A DNA stretch of 64,000 nt from Devosia sp. (GTDB lineage Bacteria > Pseudomonadota > Alphaproteobacteria > Rhizobiales > Devosiaceae). The stretch is from NCBI GenBank assembly GCA_041916695.1, contig JAYRZA010000013.1, positions 34,990-98,989 of the forward strand, read 5' to 3'. The notes beneath the pieces were generated by a model. The model worked only from the letters and a program-made list of their open reading frames with translations, had not been told where the DNA came from and ran no database searches. A program made the position numbers and the translations under genes. This document shows positions 33,275 to 41,768 of the stretch, piece by piece (the stretch's first letter is position 1; the number at the start of each line of letters is the position of its first letter).

Positions 33275-34519
33275 TCAACCGGGCTTGCGGTACTGGTAGA
33301 TGCCGACGTCGATCGAGCCCTCGGCAAACCCGGCCTCGCAGTAGGCGAGGTAGTATATCCACTTGCGGCGGAACTCCTCGCTGTAGCCGAGCTTTCTGAT
33401 CTCGGACCAGCGTTCGAGAAAGCGCTCGCGCCACAATGCCAGGGTCCTGGCGTAGGATAGACGAAAGGTCTCGACATTCTCGAGCACAAGTCCGACCTTG
33501 TCGCCCTGCTCCCGCATCGCCGTCTTGGTCAGCAGCATGCCGCCGGGAAAGATGAACCGCTGGATGAAATCGGGACGGGCGCGATAGTCCTCGAAATCCC
33601 TCTCGCCGATGGTGATCGCCTGGATGGCCGCGGTGCCGCCGGGCTTGAGGCGGTCGTGCACGGTCTTGAAGTAACTGGGCCAGTGCTCTTCCCCCACGGC
33701 CTCGATCATCTCGATGGAGGCGACGTGATCGAACTGGCCCTTGGTATCGCGGTAGTCTTCGAGGTGTAGCGTGGCATGGTTGTCGAGGCTCTGCCGCCGC
33801 AGCCTGTCGAGCGCGAATTTCAGCTGTTCAACCGATAGCGTGATGCCGTAGACGACCGCGTTGAAGTCGCGGGCGACTGTCTCTGCGAACCCGCCCCAAC
33901 CGCAACCGATCTCCAGCACGCTTTCGCCTTCCTTGACGCCTGCCATCTCGGCCACCTTGCGGTACTTGGCGTGCTGGGCTTGCTCCAGGGTCTCGTCCCC
34001 GCTGACATAGTAGGCGGAAGAATAGGTCATCGAGGGGTCCAGCCACTCGGCATAGAAGTCATTTCCGAGGTCATAGTGCTCGGAGATGTTCTTCTTGGAA
34101 CCCTCCTTCGAATTGTGTCGGCTCAGGTGGTACGCGATATCCTGGGCAGCCCGGCCGTACCACGAACTCTCCGCGCTATCGAGGACATCACGATTCTGCA
34201 GGAAGTAGCGGAACAGCGTGGTGAGGTCTTCGATCTCGACATCGCCGTCGATGTACGATTGTGCAAAGCCCACCGTACCGCGCCGCAGCGTCTTGGGCAG
34301 GACGCTGAAGTTCTTGATGTGCAGACGAGCATGCTGACCGGTCGATGGATCGCCGAAGGTGCGGACCGAGTTGTCCGGGAGGGTAATGGTCACGGCACCA
34401 TGCTTGGGCCGACCGATCAGGCGCTTGCCTATGAAGGCGGCGAGAACGGAAAGAACACGATCGACTGGCGACGGCGCCGTCCGGTTCGGCTCGACCGCAA
34501 GCTTATCCATCTGCAACAT
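33275..34519 (-). CDS. cfa: Cyclopropane-fatty-acyl-phospholipid synthase family SAM-dependent methyltransferase
   Basis: SAM motif VLEIGCGWGGFAE, and a C-terminal YLAYCEAGF typical of the CFA synthase family. Confidence 0.85.
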   Translation of the reverse strand: MLQMDKLAVEPNRTAPSPVDRVLSVLAAFIGKRLIGRPKHGAVTITLPDNSVRTFGDPSTGQHARLHIKNFSVLPKTLRRGTVGFAQSYIDGDVEIEDLTTLFRYFLQNRDVLDSAESSWYGRAAQDIAYHLSRHNSKEGSKKNISEHYDLGNDFYAEWLDPSMTYSSAYYVSGDETLEQAQHAKYRKVAEMAGVKEGESVLEIGCGWGGFAETVARDFNAVVYGITLSVEQLKFALDRLRRQSLDNHATLHLEDYRDTKGQFDHVASIEMIEAVGEEHWPSYFKTVHDRLKPGGTAAIQAITIGERDFEDYRARPDFIQRFIFPGGMLLTKTAMREQGDKVGLVLENVETFRLSYARTLALWRERFLERWSEIRKLGYSEEFRRKWIYYLAYCEAGFAEGSIDVGIYQYRKPG

Positions 34520-34525
34520 TCCAGA

Positions 34526-35299
34526 CTAGCGGCGCACTGCCCCGACGCTGCGACGGAGACCAAGGGTCACCGGCACCCCTTTGAGCCAGAGCAGCAGCGC
34601 TTCCCAATGAATTCCGGCAAGCACTTTAGCGGTCATAAGTGGATATGCAAGCAGGAGTTTCACGAGTCCGGCATCGGTCAACGGTCGCCGCTTCGCATCG
34701 AAATAGGCGGTCAGCAGTCCCCCTTCGGCGCTGCGCAGGACAATGCCGATGAACACGTCTTCGCCAGGCGGGCGCACCGAGAAGCGGTATTCACCCTCGA
34801 GCGTATTGAACGGAGACACGTAGAAGGCCTTGCTTGCGGTATGGCTCGAGAGATCGCTCCCCGCGCCGATGACGGCATCGTAGAAGTGGTGCTCGCCGAA
34901 GGTGTTATGCACCTCGTAGACGATCATCCTTACCGCGCCATCGGCATCCTCGAGGAAGTAGGTCGTCAGCGGATTGAAGGCGTAGCCCACGATGCGCGGG
35001 TAGGCCAGCATCCGGATGCGCGCCACCGGCATACCGAGCCCGGCCTGCTGCGCCCGACTTCTGATGAACGCGGCAAGCGAGGCACCGTCATGGGGCCCGA
35101 AATCCCTCGCGAAGAAAGAGAAAACATTGAATCGATTGAAGGAGAAGAACCTGAGCTTCTCATCCATCGCTTCAAGCTGGTCCAGATCGACAAGGAGCGA
35201 AAAGACGCGGTAACGCAGGCGATGTCGCCGAGGGCGCGCCCGCTTGTGCACGACGTCGCCGACGTAGATCGCACCCAGAGACGTTACTCGGCCGCCCAA
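34526..35299 (-). CDS. DUF1365 family protein
   Basis: IYVGDVVHKRARPRRHRLRYRVFSLLVDLDQL matches the DUF1365 N-terminal signature. It sits in the conserved position between the FAD oxidoreductase and the CFA synthase. TTG start overlapping the upstream stop by 16 nt. Confidence 0.75.
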   Translation of the reverse strand: MGGRVTSLGAIYVGDVVHKRARPRRHRLRYRVFSLLVDLDQLEAMDEKLRFFSFNRFNVFSFFARDFGPHDGASLAAFIRSRAQQAGLGMPVARIRMLAYPRIVGYAFNPLTTYFLEDADGAVRMIVYEVHNTFGEHHFYDAVIGAGSDLSSHTASKAFYVSPFNTLEGEYRFSVRPPGEDVFIGIVLRSAEGGLLTAYFDAKRRPLTDAGLVKLLLAYPLMTAKVLAGIHWEALLLWLKGVPVTLGLRRSVGAVRR

Positions 35300-36621
35300 A
35301 GCAACCTCTCCTCCCCGTTCCAGTTGTGCGCAATGCGATCACGAAGCCGGCGCACCGTCCACGGGCGACTTGCCCCGCCAATTCTCTCGGCGACCTCGAG
35401 GCCAGCCTGCAGCCCGTCCTCGTGAAATCCATAGCCCATCCAGGCCCCGGCGAACCAGGTCCGGGAGACACCCTGGATGCGCCAGAGTTGGGCCTGGGCG
35501 GCCATGGCGCCGGCGTCAAAGAGAGGATGCTCGTAGGTGACCTGGTACTGCACGGTGCCCGGTGCGAAGTCGTGACCGGGGTTGAGGGTGACGAACAGGT
35601 CGGTTCGAGTGTCCAGCGGCTGCAACCGGTTCATCCAGTAGGTCAGGCTCAGCCGCTCCCCATCATTGTCGGCGGTCCGCAGATAGTTCCATGCGCTCCA
35701 GAGGCGCTTCCGACGCGGCATGAAGCCACGGTCGGTATGCAGCACCGCCGTGTTGGGCGTGAAGTGGAATGCCCCAAGTATGCCGCGTTCCTCCGCCGAG
35801 GCATCGCCCAGTAGACGAAGGGCATCGTCGGCGTGACACGCCAGCACGACCTCGTCGAACGTCTGCTTCTGCCCGTCCTCGAAGACCAGTTCGGCGCCGC
35901 GCGGGCTCCGAAGGACCGAGCCGATGCGCGCGCCGGTAACAGACTTGAACCGTCCCTCACCGACAAGACGATCGACATAGGTGCGGCTGCCGCCTAGGAC
36001 CGTTCTCCACCGTGGCCGGTCGTTAACCTGCAACAGCCCGTGATTGGCGAAGAACTCGATGAAGTTCCGGGCCGGGAAGTCCAGCATCTGTCGGGCCGGC
36101 GTCGACCAGATAGCCGCCGACATCGGCAGGATATGGTCCTCGATGAAGGTCCGGGAGTATCCATGGGTGGCGAGGAACTCGCCGATGCTGACCTCCGACG
36201 GAAGGGTGGCGAGGTGTCCCTTGGCCTCCCGGAAAAAGCGCAGGATGTCGGAGACGAGCTGCCAATGCGAGGGACGGATCAGGTTGCGGCGCTGTCCGAA
36301 CAGACCATCCAGGTGCCTGCCGGAGTACTCCATGCGCCCATCCTCGACAGACACCGCAAAGCCCATGTCGGAGGGAGCGGTTTCGACACCGAGGTGGGCA
36401 AAGAGCGCGCACAGGTTCTCGTAGTTGCGTTCGTTGAAGACGATAAATCCGGTATCGACCGCAACGGCGCCCTCATCCGTGTCGGCGACGATCGTGTTCG
36501 AATGGCCACCCAGTCGGTCGGCCCTCTCAAACAGCGTCACCTCGGCAGAGCGCGACAGCAGCCAGGCGGCAGACAGGCCCGAGATACCGGATCCGATGAT
36601 GGCAATGGAACGAGACGTCAT
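35284..36621 (-). CDS. NAD(P)/FAD-binding amine-oxidase-like oxidoreductase
   Basis: N-terminal IAIIGSGISGLSAAWLL dinucleotide-binding fold; about 445 aa; first gene of the oxidoreductase-DUF1365-cfa operon. Confidence 0.8.
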   Translation of the reverse strand: MTSRSIAIIGSGISGLSAAWLLSRSAEVTLFERADRLGGHSNTIVADTDEGAVAVDTGFIVFNERNYENLCALFAHLGVETAPSDMGFAVSVEDGRMEYSGRHLDGLFGQRRNLIRPSHWQLVSDILRFFREAKGHLATLPSEVSIGEFLATHGYSRTFIEDHILPMSAAIWSTPARQMLDFPARNFIEFFANHGLLQVNDRPRWRTVLGGSRTYVDRLVGEGRFKSVTGARIGSVLRSPRGAELVFEDGQKQTFDEVVLACHADDALRLLGDASAEERGILGAFHFTPNTAVLHTDRGFMPRRKRLWSAWNYLRTADNDGERLSLTYWMNRLQPLDTRTDLFVTLNPGHDFAPGTVQYQVTYEHPLFDAGAMAAQAQLWRIQGVSRTWFAGAWMGYGFHEDGLQAGLEVAERIGGASRPWTVRRLRDRIAHNWNGEERLLWAAE

Positions 36622-36652
36622 TCGGTTCGGTACCCCTGATAGCAGTCTGTCA

Positions 36653-36680
36653 TCTACGGCTCCCCAAGCCGGACGGATCA
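36653..36680 (-). promoter_or_regulatory. Second sigmaE-type promoter: TGATCC-N16-CGTAGA
   Basis: The minus strand reads TGATCC (36680-36675), a 16-nt spacer, CGTAGA (36658-36653), about 30 nt upstream of the oxidoreductase ATG (36621) and 2 nt after the recJ stop. The architecture matches the 30184-30212 site. Confidence 0.6.
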
Positions 36681-36681
36681 G

Positions 36682-38478
36682 CTACAGGTCTGCTGGAACC
36701 GCAGCATCGCCAGCCCGGAACTGCACCTCCTCGCGGCCCTGGTAGTGATCCAGCGACAAGGTGCCGGCGAGGTGGAGCGGGGCATCGCTGCCGAGGCCAA
36801 GCAGGGCCTCTCCCAGCGCTGTGCCGGCCGCGCGGAAGGCGATCGCCTTGAGCCGTGCGCCATCCCCCGAGGCGAGCGTGAAGCGGACGTGACCGCCGAC
36901 TCCGACGACTTCGGGGAACCGAACGCGATGCGCGGGAAAAGCGAAGACCGGCTGAGGATTGCCACTGCCATACGGCCCGGCGCGCTCGATATCGTGCACG
37001 AAGGCAACAGTGGCGCCCCGGGCTGAAAGTGCCGCATCGACCTGCAGTGTGGTGGCCGCGCGGGCAGAGGCGACGGCGCCGCCGAGCGAATCCGTCAGGT
37101 GGGCCCGAAATGCGGCGAACTGCCCCGCTTTCAGGGTGACGCCGGCGGCCATCGCGTGGCCGCCGCCCTTTGCCACAATGCCAGCCTCCACGGCCGCAAT
37201 TACGGCCGTGCCCAGGTCTACCCCGGGCATGGACCGTCCGGACCCTGTACCCGTTCCGTCCGGCCCGAGCGCAATGGCAAAGGCCGGCCGGTCAAACCGC
37301 TCCCGGATCCGGGCCGCCACCAGTCCCACGACGCCCGGATGCCAGCTGGCGGAGGCCAGCACGAGTACCGGAGGCCCCTCCCCGCCGCCGATCTCGGCCT
37401 CCGCGGCACGCACAGCCTCCTCGACCGCATCGATTTCGATCCGCTGACGCTCGGCATTGAGTTCGTTCAGCCGCGCTGCAATGATCATGGCCTGCTGTTC
37501 ATCATCCATCGACAGCAGGCGCGCCCCAAGCGCTGCATCGCCGATCCGACCGCCGGCGTTGATGCGGGGCCCGATCAGGAACCCCAAATGGTACGGGTTC
37601 AGGGGACCCGAGATGCGCGACGCGAGGGACAGCGAGGCAATGCCCCGATTGCTGCCGGTGCGGGCGATCTCAAGGCCGCGCGCCACGAATGCCCGGTTCA
37701 GCCCCTTCAGCGGCACAACATCGCAAACCGTTGCAAGCGCCACCAGATCGGCCCACGACATCAGGTCTGGCAAATGATCAACAGCGCGCTGGCGCAGGAG
37801 CCGGTTGGTGGCCACGAGCACCATGAAGGTCACCCCGGCGGCGCAGAGGTATCCGAGACCGGAAACGTCGTCCGGACGATTTGGATTGACCAGCGCGGTC
37901 GCCGGAGGCAGTTCGGCGTCCGACAAGTGGTGATCGATGACCAGGACGTCGAGACCGCGGCGTCGCGCGTGGGCAATGGGCTCATCGCTGGTCGTGCCGC
38001 AGTCTAGCGTGACAAGCAGGGAGGCGCCCCCGTCTGCCAGCCGGTCGACGGCTCCGACATTCGGACCATAGCCTTCGAAGATCCGATCGGGGATGTGAAC
38101 CTGCGGATCCAGGCCGAAGTGACGAAGGTAGCGGGTCATCAGTGCAACCGAGGCCGCGCCGTCGACGTCGTAGTCCCCGAACAGAGCCACGGACTCGGAC
38201 GAGGCGATCGCCCGCGCCAGCCGATCCGCGAGGGCATCCATGTCCGCCAGGTTCGAGGGATCCGGCATCAGGGCACGAATGGTGGGCCGCAGGTAGGCTT
38301 CCGCCCCATCGATCGGGACGCCACGCGCCGCCACGATGCGCGACAGGATCTCCGACAGCTGGCTGCGCTGGCTGATGGCGGTGGCCGTGCGGGAGGCGGC
38401 GGCGTCGAGCCGGTCGACCCATGCCCGGCCCAAGACAGACTTCGAGACGTCGAGGAAGTGGGGATGCGGAGCGTCCAT
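36682..38478 (-). CDS. recJ: Single-stranded-DNA-specific exonuclease RecJ
   Basis: DHH-family motifs (LFGDYDVDGAAS, VTLDCG, VIDHH) and the DHHA1 region GGGHAMAAG. I prefer the start at ATG 38478 (598 aa) to the track's 38613, whose extension is Arg/Pro-rich. Confidence 0.9.
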   Translation of the reverse strand: MDAPHPHFLDVSKSVLGRAWVDRLDAAASRTATAISQRSQLSEILSRIVAARGVPIDGAEAYLRPTIRALMPDPSNLADMDALADRLARAIASSESVALFGDYDVDGAASVALMTRYLRHFGLDPQVHIPDRIFEGYGPNVGAVDRLADGGASLLVTLDCGTTSDEPIAHARRRGLDVLVIDHHLSDAELPPATALVNPNRPDDVSGLGYLCAAGVTFMVLVATNRLLRQRAVDHLPDLMSWADLVALATVCDVVPLKGLNRAFVARGLEIARTGSNRGIASLSLASRISGPLNPYHLGFLIGPRINAGGRIGDAALGARLLSMDDEQQAMIIAARLNELNAERQRIEIDAVEEAVRAAEAEIGGGEGPPVLVLASASWHPGVVGLVAARIRERFDRPAFAIALGPDGTGTGSGRSMPGVDLGTAVIAAVEAGIVAKGGGHAMAAGVTLKAGQFAAFRAHLTDSLGGAVASARAATTLQVDAALSARGATVAFVHDIERAGPYGSGNPQPVFAFPAHRVRFPEVVGVGGHVRFTLASGDGARLKAIAFRAAGTALGEALLGLGSDAPLHLAGTLSLDHYQGREEVQFRAGDAAVPADL

Positions 38479-38618
38479 TGCATCCGAGGTAAGCAGAACG
38501 CCGGCCCCCGTCGAGTGCCGTTGGCGGTTTTTCCCCCTTCGCGGCAAATTCGGACACGGCGGTCCCGGCAGACCTAACATAGCCGCGCGGCGGCCCCCAT
38601 ATAGCGGCGACATTCACG

Positions 38619-39548
38619 ATGGGGACTTCGATGTTCGCTTTTCGGGGCTTTAGGTTGACGGCCCTATTTGCCACATTGGTCATAGCTTTCTCGATGGTCG
38701 CAGTCGACGCCGCGCAGGCGCGGCGCGGCGGCAGCTTCGGCAATCGGGGGATCCGAACCGAACGCGTGATCCCGGCGACCCCGGTATCCCCGAAGGTCAC
38801 GACACCCGTGCAGCGCTCGGTGACCGACACCACCACGAAATCGGCAACCTCGACGGGCATGGCGGCGCGTCCCTCCCTGTTCGGCGGTTTCGGCGGGGCA
38901 GTGCTCGGAGGGCTGCTGTTCAGCGGACTGTTCGGGATGATGTTCGGCTACGGTTTCGGTGGCATGGGCGGCATGCTGGCCCTGCTGGTCCAGGTCGGAC
39001 TTGTCGGGCTCGTGTTGGCGTTCCTGTTCAGGAGACGCCCGTCCGTCGCCGGCGTTGCCGGCCTGCGCATGCCCGCGGACAGCGGATTCCAGGCGGCGGG
39101 CGCGCCACAACGTTCGAATGCGTCGCGTCGCGCTGGTCGACGTGACGAGATCGGTATCTCCGATGCGGACCTCGGCGAGTTCGAACGCCGCCTGCGGGAC
39201 CTGCAGGCCGCATACTCACGAGAGGACGAGGACAGCCTGCGTCGCATCGCAACACCGGCCGTGTGCGACACGCTCGCGGCGGAGTTGCGGAGCCATGCCG
39301 CGGCCGGCGTGCGCAACGAAGTGATCGACGTCCGGCTGCTGGAAGGTGACATCGCGGAGGCCTGGCGCGAGGGTAGCACCGATTTTGCGACCGTGGCGAT
39401 GCGCTACGAGTCGCGGGACTTGATGCGCAGCCGCAGCACCGGCGAATTGGTTGCCGGCGAGGATGGGCCGACCGAAGTAACCGAGATCTGGACGTTTCGG
39501 CGGCAGCACGGTGGCGCGTGGCTGATCAGCGCCATCCAGGAGGCCTAG
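38619..39548 (+). CDS. Tim44-like domain membrane protein
   Basis: N-terminal signal/TM segment, a Gly-rich TM block (GGFGGAVLGGLLFSGLFGMMFGYGFGG), and a C-terminal Tim44/SnoaL-like region (ATVAMRYESRDL...EIWTFRRQHGGAWLISAIQ). Confidence 0.7.
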   Translation: MGTSMFAFRGFRLTALFATLVIAFSMVAVDAAQARRGGSFGNRGIRTERVIPATPVSPKVTTPVQRSVTDTTTKSATSTGMAARPSLFGGFGGAVLGGLLFSGLFGMMFGYGFGGMGGMLALLVQVGLVGLVLAFLFRRRPSVAGVAGLRMPADSGFQAAGAPQRSNASRRAGRRDEIGISDADLGEFERRLRDLQAAYSREDEDSLRRIATPAVCDTLAAELRSHAAAGVRNEVIDVRLLEGDIAEAWREGSTDFATVAMRYESRDLMRSRSTGELVAGEDGPTEVTEIWTFRRQHGGAWLISAIQEA

Positions 39549-39643
39549 CCGCCCTGCGGCATTGGGGTGCGTGCCGCGGCGACAAGCGTCCCACGGCATG
39601 CTAACCTGTCGCGTCGGGGGGCGACAGCGAAAGAGGCATTGCC

Positions 39644-40714
39644 ATGCGTAGCGTGCTCGCCCTTCTTGTCCTCATCTGCATAAGCCTGGTGGCGACAAAC
39701 GGAGCCGCCGGTCAGGATGACCTCTCCACCGAGACAATAGCGCTGCTCGATCGCCTTGAGTCTGGACTATCGGAGGCGGGCGACGACGCCCCGAGGGCCT
39801 ATCAGGCTCTCGAGAGCGCCGGGCTGTTCGACAGCGACGATCCGGCGATGAGCCTGGTGCTCGCCGTAGTTGAGTCTCAGCTGGCGAGCGGGGTGCAGCT
39901 TGCCTATCTGGACGAAGGTCTGCGCTGGGCTGGCACGGCGACGTCGCCGGCCGATGCGCGGGAAGCCGCGCTCTACTTCGTCGACGTCGCCACCTACGAC
40001 CCGCTGATTACGCCGCATACTCGGCGCGAACTCTACGCCCTCGGGGAAGCGCTCGATCGGTTGACCGCCGCTGGCCTGTCAATGAGCGAGTTGCAGGGGA
40101 ACACGTCGCCGGCCGGACTACGACTGATCGAGGATGCGATCAAGCTCTTCAAGGCCGGGCTCTCGACGGAGGAACTCGCGGAGTCCGAGACCCCGGAGCG
40201 CAACCGGATCATCCGTGACTTCATCGACCTTATCCCGCCCCAGATCGCGCCGGCCCTCAACGGTCCTGCCGGTGCCGCCTTCGCCGACCTGCTCGACTGG
40301 GACGGCAAGATGTGGGATGCCGCGACCGACGGGATCGAACTGGTTGCCGACGCCATTGGATCCGGCGAACTTGACCGGGACCGCTATGCAAGCATCGCAG
40401 GTGCCCTCGAGGATCTCGCCGGCCAAGGGCCGTGGGGCGGCGATACGGCGCGCGAGTTCCTGAAGAAGTGGGCGGAGAACCTGCCCGGGGTCGGCAAGCT
40501 GATCAAGGCCGTCTGGCCGGAACCGGTCCCCGAAGAGTGTCGGGCCATCGACTGCGATTGCGAGAATATCGACTTCGGCCTGCTGACCAAGCCGTTCCAG
40601 CAGGATTGCCGGGCGGCGGAGGCGGAGTTGATCCGGCAGTGCACCGCCACCCGGACCATCGTCGGGGCATGCCATGCGACCGCGTACGGTCCCGGTGCGA
40701 TACCGAAGCCATAG
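39644..40714 (+). CDS. Hypothetical secreted protein with Cys-rich C-terminus
   Basis: Signal-peptide-like MRSVLALLVLICISLVATNGAAG, an acidic helical body, and six Cys in the last ~60 aa (ECRAIDCDCEN...QDCRAAEAELIRQCTATRTIVGACHA). AAGAGG Shine-Dalgarno. Confidence 0.6.
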   Translation: MRSVLALLVLICISLVATNGAAGQDDLSTETIALLDRLESGLSEAGDDAPRAYQALESAGLFDSDDPAMSLVLAVVESQLASGVQLAYLDEGLRWAGTATSPADAREAALYFVDVATYDPLITPHTRRELYALGEALDRLTAAGLSMSELQGNTSPAGLRLIEDAIKLFKAGLSTEELAESETPERNRIIRDFIDLIPPQIAPALNGPAGAAFADLLDWDGKMWDAATDGIELVADAIGSGELDRDRYASIAGALEDLAGQGPWGGDTAREFLKKWAENLPGVGKLIKAVWPEPVPEECRAIDCDCENIDFGLLTKPFQQDCRAAEAELIRQCTATRTIVGACHATAYGPGAIPKP

Positions 40715-40755
40715 CGGATTACGACCCACGATGCCCCCCGCGCCCTGCGGATGGA

Positions 40756-41736
40756 TCAGCGCCGGTGTTCGGCGGAGATCCAGCGGATGGTCTGGCTCCA
40801 CGAGCGCATGACGACTGTACTGGTGCGGACCGAATCGCGCCGGAATCGCACGCCGCTCAACAGGCTGCCATCGGTCACCCCCGTGGCGGCGAAGAGCACG
40901 TCGCCCGACGCGAGGTCCTCGGTCCGGTACTTCAGGTTGGGCTCGGTGATGCCCATCCTGCGGGCGCGGATCCGCTTGTCTTCGCTGTCGAGGATGAGCC
41001 GCCCCTGCATCTGACCGCCGATGCAGCGCAGCGCGGCGGCGGCCAGGACGCCCTCCGGAGCGCCACCAGAGCCCAGGTAGATATCGATCCCGGTATCCTC
41101 GGTATTGACCGCATGGATGATGCCGGCGATGTCGCCGTCCGATATCAGCTTGATGGCGACGCCGGCGGTGCGCAGGTCGTCGATGAGCATGGCGTGGCGG
41201 GGCCTGTCGAGGACGCAGGCCGTAATCTCGTTCACGGGAACGCCCTTGGCCTTGGCCAGCGAACGGACATTGTCCATCGGCGTCATGTCGAGATCGACCA
41301 CACCCTCCGGGTAGCCGGCCCCGATGGCGATCTTGTGCATGTAGACGTCGGGGGCGTTGAGCAGGCCGCCGCGCTCGGCCATGGCAAGCACACAGATCGA
41401 ATCGGGCTGGTTTTTTGCGCACAGCGTGGTGCCTTCGAGCGGATCGACCGCGATGTCCACCTGAGGCCCGTCTCCGGCGCCGACTTCCTCGCCGATGTAG
41501 AGCATCGGCGCCTCGTCGCGTTCCCCCTCGCCGATGACGATCCGCCCCTCGATGTGGACGTTGCCCATCTCCTCCCGCATGGCCTCGACAGCGGCGTGAT
41601 CGGCGGCCTTCTCGTTGCCCTTGCCGCGCCAGCCGGAGGCAGCGACGGCGGCCGCTTCGGTGACGCGCACCAGTTCGAGCGTCAGGCTGCGATCTATGGC
41701 CGCCTGACGGTCTTTGTCGGACTTGCTGAGCTTCAA
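40756..41736 (-). CDS. glpX: Class II fructose-1,6-bisphosphatase
   Basis: LELVRVTEAAAVAASGWRGKGNEKAADHAAVEAMR...IVIGEGERDEAPMLYIGE...DPLEGTT is canonical GlpX. Confidence 0.9.
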   Translation of the reverse strand: MKLSKSDKDRQAAIDRSLTLELVRVTEAAAVAASGWRGKGNEKAADHAAVEAMREEMGNVHIEGRIVIGEGERDEAPMLYIGEEVGAGDGPQVDIAVDPLEGTTLCAKNQPDSICVLAMAERGGLLNAPDVYMHKIAIGAGYPEGVVDLDMTPMDNVRSLAKAKGVPVNEITACVLDRPRHAMLIDDLRTAGVAIKLISDGDIAGIIHAVNTEDTGIDIYLGSGGAPEGVLAAAALRCIGGQMQGRLILDSEDKRIRARRMGITEPNLKYRTEDLASGDVLFAATGVTDGSLLSGVRFRRDSVRTSTVVMRSWSQTIRWISAEHRR

Positions 41737-41768
41737 GTGGACCCCCTGCCCCGCCGCAGGGGCCGATA

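Noticed and set aside
39606-39627. Hairpin CTGTCGC-gtcggggg-GCGACAG upstream of the secreted hypothetical gene, as a possible riboswitch or terminator
   Set aside because: It is only a 7-bp stem with no U-tract and no additional conserved-looking structure, which is insufficient to call anything.
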